32,000 nt of DNA from Wallemia ichthyophaga EXF-994 (lineage: Eukaryota > Fungi > Basidiomycota): contig NW_008806281.1 in the NCBI RefSeq assembly GCF_000400465.1, positions 420,001 through 452,000 on the forward strand. The letters are read 5' to 3'. Below are positions 1-10,500 of this stretch, piece after piece; positions within the stretch are counted from its first letter, which is position 1; the number at the start of each line of letters is the position of its first letter. A program made the position numbers and the translations under genes. The notes beneath the pieces were generated by a model that did no database searches, was not told where the DNA came from, and was given only the letters and a program-made list of their open reading frames with translations.

Positions 1-158
1 GAAGTTGAGATTTTAAAGATATTTTTGGATATATTTAATCACCTCGGCTTGAATAACGCGTAACATCCACTGCAAAGCCTTCGGAAGCCTTCCATTGCTT
101 TTGCGGAATTTTCGTGTTTTCGTCGCCAAAACACACGACAGCAACGAGAATTAAGAGA

Positions 159-164
159 TATAAA
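159..164 (+). promoter_or_regulatory. Candidate TATA box of the transketolase-like gene
   Basis: TATAAA about 100 nt upstream of ATG 263. Confidence 0.4.
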
Positions 165-262
165 CCGTCATATATTTTTGAACAGCATCCACACTGTAAT
201 CACATCAGAATATAAGAATCTAAGCAGACAAGCACCCTTGAACCAATACCGTCATCATCGAA

Positions 263-2322
263 ATGGTTTGTAGGGATGAGCACCTATCCAAGCTATTTAA
301 CACACGTTCCAGTCATTCCCAGTAGATCTCTCTAAATTCCAAAGCTTAAAATTAGACTATACGTGAGTGATTTGTTTCCGCTTACTAAATCGTCTGACAA
401 ATGACGATTCAGACGCCCAAATCTCTCTGAGCAAGAGAAAAGCGCTCTTTTAGCCAACATCAACATCTTCCGTGATGCCATCGTCGCATTCTCTGCCACT
501 GGTGCGTCATTGATGCGTACTCCAACGCGACTCCCGCTTACGTAGCCATCCAGGTGCCGCAAGAGGTGTGTCTGGCCACACTGGTGGACCATTCGACACT
601 GCCCCAGAAGTCTGTATCCTCCTCGCTCTCATTAACGCAAACCCTGAAAAGTTCATCGACACCTTCTTCGATGAAGCTGGCCACCGTGTAGCAACCCAAT
701 ACCTTCTCTCCACTCTCGACGGACACATCGATCCAGAGCACCTCCTCAACTACCGTGAAGCCAACTCGAAGCTCCCTGGTCACCCTGAGTTAGGTCTCAC
801 TCCAGGTGTAAAATTCTCTTCTGGTCGTCTCGGACACATGTGGGCTATGATCAACGGTGTTGCTCTCGCCAACAAGGACAAGAATGTCATCATGTTGGGG
901 TCTGACGGTTCCCAGCAAGAAGGTGACGATGCCGAAGCTGCTCGTCTCGCCGTCGCCCAAAACCTCAACGTCAAATTGTTCGTTGACGACAATGACGTCA
1001 CTATCTCTGGTCACCCATCAAAATACATGAAGGGCTACTCTGTTGCAAACACCCTCCAAGGTCACGGCTTGAAGGTTGTGCGCGCTGAAGGTGAAAACAT
1101 CGATTCTCTCTACAAGGCTGTCTGTGAGGTCGTTGCGCACGATGGTCCAGCTGCCGTCGTATCTTCAAGAAAGATCGCTCCGGAAATCGAGGGCATCGAA
1201 GGTGAATCTCACGCTCACGATGTCATCCCTGTCGCCGTTGCCAAGAAGTACCTCACCAAGCGTGGCTATTCTGAAGACCAGCTCAAGTTCTACGACAACA
1301 TCAAGCCAAAAGCTTTCAGCTACGAATACAAGGGTGCCACCTCCGACAAGGGCGCCAACAGAGTCATCTTTGGTGAGGCCGTCAACTCTGTCCTCGACAA
1401 GCTCTCAAAGGAGGAAGCTGCCAGACGCGTAATGGTTATCGACTCGGATCTTGAAGGCTCAACTGGTTTGAAGGGTATCCACTCTGCCCACCCTGAAGTT
1501 TTCGTTCCATCTGGTGTCATGGAGCGTGGTAACTTCTCTGCTGCCGCTGGTTTCGGTTTCGGTGGTAACGGTGAGCGTCAAGGTGTTTTCTCTACCTTCT
1601 CAGCTTTCTTGGAAATGTGCTTGTCTGAAATGACCATGGCTAGACTCAACCACTGTAACGTTCTCTGCCACTTCTCTCACTCTGGTGTTGATGAAATGGC
1701 TGACAACACCTGTCACTTTGGTTTGAACCACTTCTTCGCCGACAACGGCTTAGAAGACACCGCACCAACAAGCCTCTACTTCCCAGCTGACGGTGAGCAA
1801 ATGAAGGCTATCGTCAACACCGTTTTCTGGAACGAAGGTATTAGAATTGTCTTCTCTACCCGTTCAAAGGTTCCATATATCCTCAAGCAAGGCACTCAAG
1901 ACAAGCTTTTCGGCGGTGACTACAAGTTTGTTCCAGGAAAGGAAGAAGTTGTAAGAACTGGTTCAGCTGGTTACGTCATCTCATTCGGTGACATGTTGCA
2001 CCGTTCATTGGACGCTGTCGAGCGTCTCCGTGAACAAGGTGTTGACGTTGGTTTAATCAACAAGCCAACTCTCAACGTCGTCGATGAGGACGCCATGAAG
2101 GTATACGGCTCTTCACCATTTGTTCTCGTCGTTGAGTCCATCTCTCAAAAGAACGGCTTGGGTTCTAGACTCGGTACCCAACTCATTCAACGCGGATTCA
2201 CACCTAAGTACAAGCACATCGGATCATTCCACGAAGGCTGCGGTGGTATCTCTGACCAAATCCCTTACCAAAAGCTTCACCCAGCTGACATTGAATCTCA
2301 AGTCAGAGCGCTTTTGGCTTAA
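263..2322 (+). CDS. Transketolase-like thiamine-diphosphate-dependent enzyme, about 636 aa, 4 exons
   Basis: Exons 263-265 (ATG only), 313-362, 413-501, 554-2322; introns of 47, 50 and 52 nt with GT..AG and phases that match. Rebuilt N-terminus MSFPVDLSKFQSLKLDYTRPNLSEQEKSALLANINIFRDAIVAFSATGAARGVSGHTGG. Transketolase-fold motifs: GHTGG, DEAGH, LPGHPE, SGRLG, ThDP-type SDG..EG..DDN, MERGN, FSAF, HFSHSG. Strong codon bias. Confidence 0.9.
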
Positions 2323-2422
2323 GTTGATCCGAGTACTACCTAATCAAGTCCTTCTATGAAAAATGTAATCTGATTTATTTACTTTCTTTTTATCCTTTAT
2401 GAGATGTTTTGGGAGATGTGGT

Positions 2423-3359
2423 CTACTTGATATCCGGCAAACCGAAGTCTGACAGTTTCAAGTCTTGTAGGGAGGTAAGAGTTTGATAAACGCCCTTTAC
2501 GCTATCGTCGTCTTTGTACAAGTCAAGTAGTTCCGGTTCAGGTACCCAAATGACTGAAGATGAAATGTTAGCAATGACGTTACAGCTACTCCTGCCCACC
2601 TTTCATATTGCCATTGAGGCCAGCCTGCACACCTGGCACTGCATCTTCGAACACAAGGCAGCTGTCGCGCGCGAGGAGGTTTTCCTTTGAAGGGCTACTA
2701 ACGCCATTAACGTCGTATCCAATATCAGCGCCCAATCTCTGAGCGGCAATTAAGAAAGTATCTGGGTTCGGTTTGCCCAAACCAGGACCGACGTCGTCAG
2801 CTGTGACGCAATTCTCCCCAAAGAGCGACATGAGGTGATGGACGACTGGAGCGTTACACTTTTGCATCAGACTGCTCTTGCGGCTACCAGTAGCTACAGC
2901 GATAGGAATATTGTGTGCTTTGAGGTGCGTCACCAGCTCGAGTGCACCAGGACGCAGTGCTAGTCTTGGCCAAGCCTCATTCTGTTTAGCGTTGCGCTGC
3001 GCTATGTATTCGTCCACTGTGAGAGGGATCTGCAGTGCGTTGACGAGATACTCGCACGCAACTCTCTCATCTAACGTTGTGTTAGTCTTGTACAAGTGGT
3101 CAGTTCGTCACCCAGTCACTCACGCTTGCCCATCATATTCGCCTTGAGCGTCCCTGATTCAGCTGTTAAGAGACGTTGTAACGGACGCTCTACCGCTTAC
3201 AGTTAAACTTCTTCCCATACGGTAAGAGTATCTCGTTCGTTACTTCCGTATACACCCGCTCACTGTCTATCAGAAGCCCCTGCTTGCGTTCAGCACGCAT
3301 TTGCCGCAGACTCACCTACTCACGTCTAGATCGAACAGCACGTACTTTGTTGTGGTCAT
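2423..3359 (-). CDS. HDHD1: HAD-family phosphatase, pseudouridine-5'-phosphatase (HDHD1/YKL033W-A) like, 5 exons
   Basis: Spliced N-terminus MTTTKYVLFDLD|GLLIDSERVYTEVTNEILLPYGKKFNW (DxD motif I). Also IAVATGS (motif II), GKPNPDTF (motif III), CLVFEDAVPGV (motif IV) and a last exon VIWVPEPE...DFGLPDIK*. Confidence 0.88.
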
Positions 3360-3770
3360 ATCGTCGCTGTAACAGATGAGAGTGGTGAATCACTCGCGAA
3401 ATCAAACGTCGTGCTATTATCAAGCTACATTTATGCATACAGTATTCAATTATAGCTCGATTATCCCCACTCTCACTACATCACTCTTATTTCCAGAACG
3501 GGCGTGGCATGTTCAATGACGTCTCCGTCAACACTGTAATTACTGCGAACTTGATTAATTCGAAAGTGCCTTTATCGCGAATATCTTAGTTATGTGCTTT
3601 GCGATTGTCCAGATAAATGTAGCTTGTTTCAGGGAGTATAATTGGTATCTAAAATATAAATTCCTGCTATTCTGCCTTCTATTGTCCTAATGCAACTTTG
3701 GAAACCCCTCCAACCCCATTAAGATTATCTAGATTTACTGATCAGAAACCAACAACACCCCCCTGACCAA

Positions 3771-4097
3771 TCAGAGTTTTGATGACCCCCACTTTTCTGT
3801 ACCTAAATCTCTTCTTCCAGTTGTGAATTGAGGCGGAACAACAAGAGTTTCTCCTTGAGCCGGATTTGATAGCTGTGTACTCCATGTGTCATAAAACGTT
3901 TTCTCCGCGTTTATCGCGTTTATAGGTCCGAATACTTGAGATGTTTGAGCACTTGCGGTCTCTAAAAGCCAGAAAATACTTGTGTCTATCGACGAAGTGC
4001 ACAACATTTCCATACCTATCCTATAGCGTTCTCTAAAGCAATGTCGGATTACAACTTCCGAGCACCCTACAGGGCGCTGTAGGAGTCTCAGGGACAT
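3771..4097 (-). CDS. Possible orphan ORF (108 aa), perhaps spliced from ATG 4184
   Basis: Only ORF in the track within a 1.36 kb gap. No recognisable motif, and the candidate splice signals lack clear branch points. Confidence 0.2.
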   Translation of the reverse strand: MSLRLLQRPVGCSEVVIRHCFRERYRIGMEMLCTSSIDTSIFWLLETASAQTSQVFGPINAINAEKTFYDTWSTQLSNPAQGETLVVPPQFTTGRRDLGTEKWGSSKL

Positions 4098-4724
4098 AAT
4101 TCTTGTGACATCTTGTAGAGCCCATTCAGGAATAATTATCGAGCTTGTTTACTTGAAGATCACCAAAACTCGTAAATCCGCCATCTTAGATGAGATAGAT
4201 GGTAGTTGAGAAATTCAACTCGGTGGATATTGAGCGAAGGGCTGACGTGGTGATGAATTTGAAATGCTGGAGACTGTAGAAAGATATCGTCTTGTAAAAT
4301 AATTTATATTGTTAGATTATGGTATTCATGCGTTAGTCTTCGAGTAATAAACGAGCCTTGAGTCTTGAGTCCAGGTGGGTGGCTTCTATCAATGACAAGC
4401 AGACTGGAGTGAATGTAATTACGCAAAAAAAAAACTGTCCGCTAACGACTCCACCGGCCAAGCGCAACTGCGGCAAGTTCCATCTGGCAAAAACCGAGGC
4501 ATTCAGGCAGTCAGCAGAGGAGTGATAATTCTAATGCGTTTATAACATTACAGCAGGGTATATGATAAGTTTTTTTAATACAGTGGCAGTGTTCGGCGAG
4601 CTAATAATTCAAATTTTGTAAAGTTCCTAGTTTGATGAGCAAAGTTGCGTAAATGAGCGTGAGATTGCGTGTGAGCGTGAGGGTGTCTATTCTATGTCTA
4701 TATTATCCAGTTTATTCCAGTTTT

Positions 4725-5117
4725 TCAAAAGATTGACGAGACCCAGTGGATGAAATGTTGGCGTTTCCGTTTGACAGAGTCATATTTGTATGATTTGACA
4801 GAGTTTGTGTTGGTGTAGCTGCTGTCATCGAAAGAGTTGTTTGGTTGGTGGGTTCTGTACGTCGAGTATGGACGCGTCTGACCGTCGAATATGTCGTTGT
4901 AGACTCTTTCCCTCATGTGTGTATTTGTGTTCATGTTTGTATTGTTCATGTTTGTATCCATGTTTATCTGCGAGTTCCTCTTTGTGACGAACAAGCCATC
5001 GAGCTTTTCCTCTTCTTTGCGTTTGGTGTGAAATTGTACTCCGATATCTGACCTGAGCTGCTCATACGATGCTTTTGGTCTGAAAATCAAAGATCCACGA
5101 CGTCTCAAAGATTGCAT
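4725..5117 (-). CDS. Hypothetical 130-aa protein, N/T/M-rich, basic ends
   Basis: Intronless ATG ORF with good start context (AATAACA-ATG) downstream of a CA repeat. Contains RRRGS, NMNTN repeats and KRKR. No family recognised. Confidence 0.55.
   Translation of the reverse strand: MQSLRRRGSLIFRPKASYEQLRSDIGVQFHTKRKEEEKLDGLFVTKRNSQINMDTNMNNTNMNTNTHMRERVYNDIFDGQTRPYSTYRTHQPNNSFDDSSYTNTNSVKSYKYDSVKRKRQHFIHWVSSIF
4929..4965. repeat. 15-nt tandem repeat (about 2.5 copies) encoding MDTNMNNTNMN
   Basis: gttcatgtttgtatt / gttcatgtttgtatc / catgttt. Confidence 0.75.
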
Positions 5118-5124
5118 TGTTATT

Positions 5125-5138
5125 TGTGTGTGTGTGTG
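5125..5138. repeat. (TG)7 microsatellite just upstream of the 130-aa ORF
   Basis: tgtgtgtgtgtgtg. Confidence 0.85.
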
Positions 5139-5188
5139 TTATTGTTAAGATGAAAGAATCTCGCAGTCCTTAATTCATTTTAGCCCTT

Positions 5189-5226
5189 GAGGCCTCGACT
5201 CATCTAAACGTCATGGTCGAGGCCTC
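5189..5226. repeat. Perfect 11-bp inverted repeat with 16-nt loop
   Basis: GAGGCCTCGAC (5189-5199) and GTCGAGGCCTC (5216-5226); each arm holds the palindrome GAGGCCTC. Confidence 0.9.
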
Positions 5227-5266
5227 CTAGGAAATTTTTCCGAAAAACTTGTACAGAGAGTTTGAG

Positions 5267-5276
5267 TATATATAAA
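5267..5276. promoter_or_regulatory. TATATATAAA element, candidate TATA usable in both directions
   Basis: Lies between ATG 5117 (-) and candidate ATG 5509 (+). Confidence 0.4.
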
Positions 5277-5508
5277 GTTTCATAATTCTCCCTAGAATAT
5301 GGTCGACAATATTATACTACCCTTGTGATGTGCAAGTGGCGCTCAAATTTTTCATCACAGTTTTTTGTTCTGAAGAAATTACGCTGATTGCATGCAGAAA
5401 ATAACCCGGAAAAGCCCGTGAATTCTGTAGGCTATCGCATACCAATCAACACACCATCCCCAGTGTGCGTTTCTGTGACTTTAGCGAGGTGTCAGGGCAT
5501 ATTCACCC

Positions 5509-5725
5509 ATGACGCTCACGATCGAAACAAGCGATCCAAGCGCAGACAAAAATCTTTGGGTAAATAGTCTTATTGCTTGGACATTTTATGAAAATTGACT
5601 AACAGAATACCTCAATTTTGTAGGCACAGAAAATTTGCTCGCTTGTGTTTTTAGTATCGCCAAGGGATATGCGTTCATATGAATCTGATTGGTGGAATGA
5701 GCTGGACTGCTTCTGCTGCCTCTAA
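5509..5725 (+). CDS. Candidate spliced 50-aa microprotein MTLTIETSDPSADKNLW|AQKICSLVFLVSPRDMRSYESDWWNELDCFCCL
   Basis: Exon 5509-5559, intron 5560-5623 (GTAAAT..TGACTAAC..TTTGTAG, 64 nt), exon 5624-5725 ending TAA. Phase 0 join, no internal stop. Confidence 0.4.
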
Positions 5726-5940
5726 GACCATAACTCCGCCAGGCCAGCTGTCAAGCACGTTCTGCATGCGTTCTCAGTCTGAGCATTTCATTCTTGGATG
5801 AGCTTGTGCATTTGCATAACAGTGTCAACGCATGATACATTTTTATACAAAATAAATACTGAAACGAGGTTGTGTGTTTGTATGTGCTAAAATTATTATT
5901 CATGATCTTGATCGTTACCTTGGCCTTCACTTTGATTCGC

Positions 5941-7411
5941 CTAGTCGCCAGACTGATCTGCAATGTTATTATTATCTTCGTTTCCATTCTCATCACCTCT
6001 TTGTCTCTCACTAGCCAACTCTTGCTCGCGTCTCTCATTCTCCCGATCTTCTCTCGCCTGTTTATCTCTCTCCCGTTTCTCATTCTCCTCTCTCTGCTTA
6101 TCCCTCTTTGCCTGCTTGGACCTTCTCAGCTGCTCTTTTTTCTCCGCTTTCATCTGCTCTTTCTTGCGCTGTCTGATATCTGAGACTTTCTCCTCCCTTT
6201 TTTTATCCGTCTTAGCTTTTTTCTTAGCTTCACGTAATTTGCGCAACTTCTTCTTCTTCAATTCATCCACGATCTCCTGTTTCTGTGCTTCAGTTGATGC
6301 GCCGCGGCTCTCAAATAAAGTCCGAAGATTGTGTTCCCTCCTCTCCTTCCGCTTCTCGCGCACTATCAATGCGCGTTTCCCGTCAACAGCTGCCTGTCTG
6401 CGCGACGCACTCCCTACTGCTTTCTCCTGCTTCTGAGTGTTTGTGAGTGGTGTGCGCTGGGCGTAGAGGAAGACATCGATGACGGCTTCGAGCGCCTTCT
6501 GCACCGTGAAACCGAGCTGAATCATGCGCAGGAAATTGACGCTAAGCGATTGAAGCATCACGCGTGCTTCAGCGTTAGGTTGTTCTGTGTCTAAGTGTGA
6601 GTTGAAAATTACGACATCTAAACCACCCACCATCACCCAATCGACCATATAAACTAAATGCAGGTTCTAGACGCGAGTAGTCAATGTTCCACTTCACGCT
6701 ATGTGTAAATATCAGCCTTCGCTGCTTATGATCTATGAAACACATGTTGTTGGTGTCGAAGCTGAGGACGTGTTTCTGGTAGCGTAGCATGAGAACGTGG
6801 CGGAGGTCACTAAAATACTGCAACATATCACCTAGCTTCCTCACTGTTTGGAAGAAGAGTGGGAGTGAGCGTGAGTGTTCTATGTGACGAATACACCCTC
6901 TAAGCTGAGGAATGGCACAATTTAGCTTCAAATCAGCCACTTGGCCGCTAATTGTATCGATTTTGACGTCCGCGGAGAAATTGTGGTTGAGGAATGACGG
7001 CAACGCGCCTGATATGCTTAAATGATTGATATGCTCATCCTGCGATAGCAATTGGGGTGGATTAAACATTATCCCCGTAAATGCCTGATTGAGGCCTATT
7101 TCATCGTTATATCGCTGGATTGCTTTTGTATTCTCGTCGCTCTTGTCCTTCTTGTTGCTTTTGCCGCTTTTGTCACTGTCTTTATTACCTAATGCCGTAA
7201 GCGCATCTGATTCTCCGCTCTCTGCTAGTCGGTCAAGTAGGGCTTCAAGCTCGTCATCGTTGAAACCGACATCGACGTCATCGTCGTCGGCTTCCATTCG
7301 AGCCCGCTCATGCTTCTGCGATTTCTCTAACGCTTCCAACCGCGACAATTCACCCTCAGCTTCCTCCAGCTCCCTTTCGAGTGATGCGCGGCTCTTCTGC
7401 GTGCCTACCAT
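5941..7411 (-). CDS. Probable CENP-P/Ctf19-like kinetochore (CCAN/COMA) subunit with K/E/R-rich C-terminal extension, about 470 aa, 2 exons
   Basis: ATG 7411 (MVGTQK). Intron 6591-6630 (GTGGGT donor; alternative donor at 6645 has the same phase) joins ORFs 6575..7492 and 5941..6648 in frame. N-terminal coiled coil, then QLRGCIRHIEHSRSLPLFFQTV, VKWNID..LEPAFSL and NFLRMIQLGFTVQKALEAVI, which resemble human CENP-P ELSEFVSRAEERKDLFMFFRSL, VWRIQID..VFPKLDLL and SFRTLVGLLGIEAALESLI (recalled from memory, not aligned computationally). Confidence 0.6.
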
Positions 7412-7501
7412 GATCGTCGAGGTGGAATAAGCAAAACACAACGGAAAACGCAAAGTAAAATAAAATACAAATGCAGTACAAATGCAATACATGAATAAAT
7501 A

Positions 7502-10500
7502 TCACTCAGCTTTGATTTCCTCATCGTTACTTAGCACGCGTGGTTTCGTCGCTTTAGGCACTGGTGGGCGAGGCTTTCTTGGCTTAGTGTTTTGTGAATT
7601 GGTGTGTGCGTCTTTGAGTGTATCACTGCTGTCACCAGCCTCCTCCCTCTCCTCCTTCACGTCGCTATTACTTCCCTCTATCTTACCGATCATCTCAGTC
7701 ACCGAAGGCTTGCGTGGAGAAGGAGTGCCTGTGTTTTCCTTATTCTTATTCAATCTGATCAATTCAGCGTCGTCGACATCTTCAACATCGTCAACAGCCG
7801 TATCATCCTTTTCATCGACATCGACATCCAAACGAGCTGGTGGCGGTGGAGGTGGGCGTCTAATCTTCTGCGCAGACGGAACTGCTATCTTTAGGCGAGA
7901 ATGAGAAAAGTGATGAAATAACAGACATCACTCACATCATCCTCCTTGCCATCCGGATACAAATGCGAGACAAAGTCGATATCGTTGCCGACTTGACAGA
8001 GCGTCAGATTCAGATGAGCGAATCACTAAGCATCACACCCACGTTCATCAGTCCACCAGTTGTCTACTTCGGTGCTAGGTGAGGGGAGGCTAGAAGGGGG
8101 CAGGAGATCATCATTTGGAGTAAGCCCACCTGTGAAAGTCAGAGTGTTAGTCATAATTGTCAAGAGGTCAATCGAAAGCACCACCAACCATTCAAATCAA
8201 CACTCAAACTTCTGTTCATATTCCTCCCTTTCAACCCCAACCTCGCGAGTTTCTCATCGACGCCTTCCTCAGTAACGATAGACCTGTTGGCGTCATTCTG
8301 TACTTGTTTCGCGATAGCATCGCGTTTGTCTCCATCTATGACCCTCACGACTGCGCTAAAACGAGCATAGACGGGTCTATGATCGGAGCCTTTGAGGGGC
8401 ACACTATCGTAAGCCTGTCCCTGAAGCATGTCGGCATCTCCACCACCAGCATCGTTTCTACACTTATACAACACGCGATCCGTGTAAGCCGGCACGCGTC
8501 TTTTCTCGCTAGTATCGTAAACATCGCTCCCAAAATCAAAGCGGTAAGTGGGAGCGAAATGAATATCCATTTCCGTGAATCCCTTGAATATCCCCGATCG
8601 CATCGCCCGACTGAGCTGATCATGTTTGAGGAGATAGTGAAAATCGCCGTCGTAGGCAAGTTGTGTAGCGACATCGTAAGGCAGATCGACGCGGTAGTTG
8701 AAATCGCCGAGCCAGATCACGCAGTCGTGCGAAGAAGGAACTTTTCCCTGCTGGAAGGAGAGTCCTGCTGCTATGGTGCGGTAGTCGTTGTTGCGCTCTT
8801 CCACACCTGCTTGCCCGGCTGCCATGTGTGCGGCTATGAAGCAAAACGTCGTGCTCTCGTACTGCAGTCGTATCGCCGCAGCCCCTTTGTTGCCCGACAT
8901 CCCCTTGAGACCCGTCTTTTTTAACACTCCCTCCACACTACGTACGCGCGGTGCGAGCGGTGCTTTTACTAGCACTATCAAGGCCAGCCCAACTATCTGC
9001 TCGGAACGCAAGATTATGTAGTCGTCTCGAGCGTACTTACTCTCACCCTCATCCCCGCGACTGCGTAGTGTCTCGAGAATGAAGCGCTCCCATACGGCGA
9101 GAGGGAAGGTGTCAGTAGACATAATTTGCTGAGGCGTGAGTTGAACGAGTTCTTGGAAAGCAAGCACGAGCATATCGGCATCCGCTTGACCAGGCAAATC
9201 GGGGAGGATCCACGGGAGTATGTCCTCTGTCGGTATCTGACCTGCGACATTATATGTGCCTGTGTGTATACTGATAGGATGTGAGGTAGAGTATTCCCCC
9301 AGTCTCTCTCCTAGCGCTCCATTCACAAGGTCGGACACGGGGTCATAAACACTTACCCCACGTTGCGTAGGGAGGTTACCCAGGAACATGTCAATGCTCG
9401 TCTGTTTCGCCTTATCCGTTACATTCGATACATACGCGCGTGTAACAGATTTAGTAGCGTCGGAGAAAAGTCCAGCCAGTGTACGCTTCCCCGTGCGCGT
9501 GTAGCTGCTGTTAAGCGCTCCCGTGCCAGCATATAGCCGAGACAGTGCATCCCCATTCTCCGCCCACAGATGACGATGCGCTTGCCAGAAGCCCTCGTCG
9601 TGCGCATAGGCGCTTCCCGTAGAGGTTAGGTAATCGCCCAGACGGGATTTGGAGAAAATGTCTTGGACGAAATTGGTGCGGTCGAGACAATCTAGACAGT
9701 TGACGCGAAATACTACATGCTGCTTAATAATGGTTTGGCCGGTGGTATTGTCGATTAAAGACCACGTAGGTCCCTGCCCCTGCCCCTGAGAGAGGTGCTG
9801 GTCTAGCTTTTGCACTACCGCCTGATGTCCAGCGAGACGCAGCACCGTGTGGAAATCCAAATTACTGTATGTTATAGGCAGATTGACGTTCTGAAGAGAG
9901 TCGAGATGGGTGTTGTAGGAATCAGAGAGCGTCACTTCATGGTCTTTCTGACCTAACAAATTGAGGACGTGTATAGCGTCGTAGGATTGGAGGAGGTTGT
10001 AGAAGTGCTTTTCGAATGCGGGTTGAGAGGCGCGGTAAGGGCGAGTGATTTGTATGCGCTGACCGAAAGCTTGGAGACCCTGCTGCTCCCAAAAGAGAGG
10101 AATGCTGCCGCGTATTTGAGTGTAAGTGAAGGTGAGGTTGTTGTGAATGAAAATTGTCTCAGATTCGACGAAATTGGCGACTTGGCCGTCGTCATCAACG
10201 CCACGAGAGTAGAAGCGAGTGCCGGCTCGTTTGGAGGAGAGCCTGCTAATGAGTTGTAGGGAGGAGTTAGAGTTGGGTAGTGGGTAGATGGAAATAGCGC
10301 CTTGGATTATGATAGTGAAGGGGTTAAGCGAGTCGATTAGGGATCGTTGTGGGAGTTGGAGGGAGGACTTCCACTGCAACAACGGGTCTACAAGGAAAGA
10401 GTTCCAGATAAAGTGATCGTTAGGTGGATTGCCGCTGTCAATGGAATTGTTGGTGATATCCGTGGTGGGGGAGTAGTAGAAGTTGCCAAATTCAATCAGT

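Noticed and set aside
263-3359. Transketolase-like gene plus HAD phosphatase as a sugar-phosphate or polyol cluster
   Set aside because: The HAD matches the pseudouridine-5'-phosphatase subfamily, not Gpp1/Dog1; adjacency is expected in so dense a genome.
4420-4560. Pol III RNA (tRNA or snRNA) ending at the minus-strand T10 run
   Set aside because: No A/B boxes, cloverleaf or known snRNA/5S/RNase P motifs recognisable.
5705-5725. Microprotein as a CaaX lipopeptide mating pheromone
   Set aside because: The last four residues are FCCL, so Cys is not at -4, and there is no pheromone-like context.
5872-6594. Very hydrophobic L/S/F-rich plus-strand ORFs that look like membrane proteins
   Set aside because: They are the reverse complement of the purine-rich K/E/R tail.
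8157-8924. 255-aa plus-strand ORF
   Set aside because: Antisense shadow of the synaptojanin 5-phosphatase domain; no motifs.
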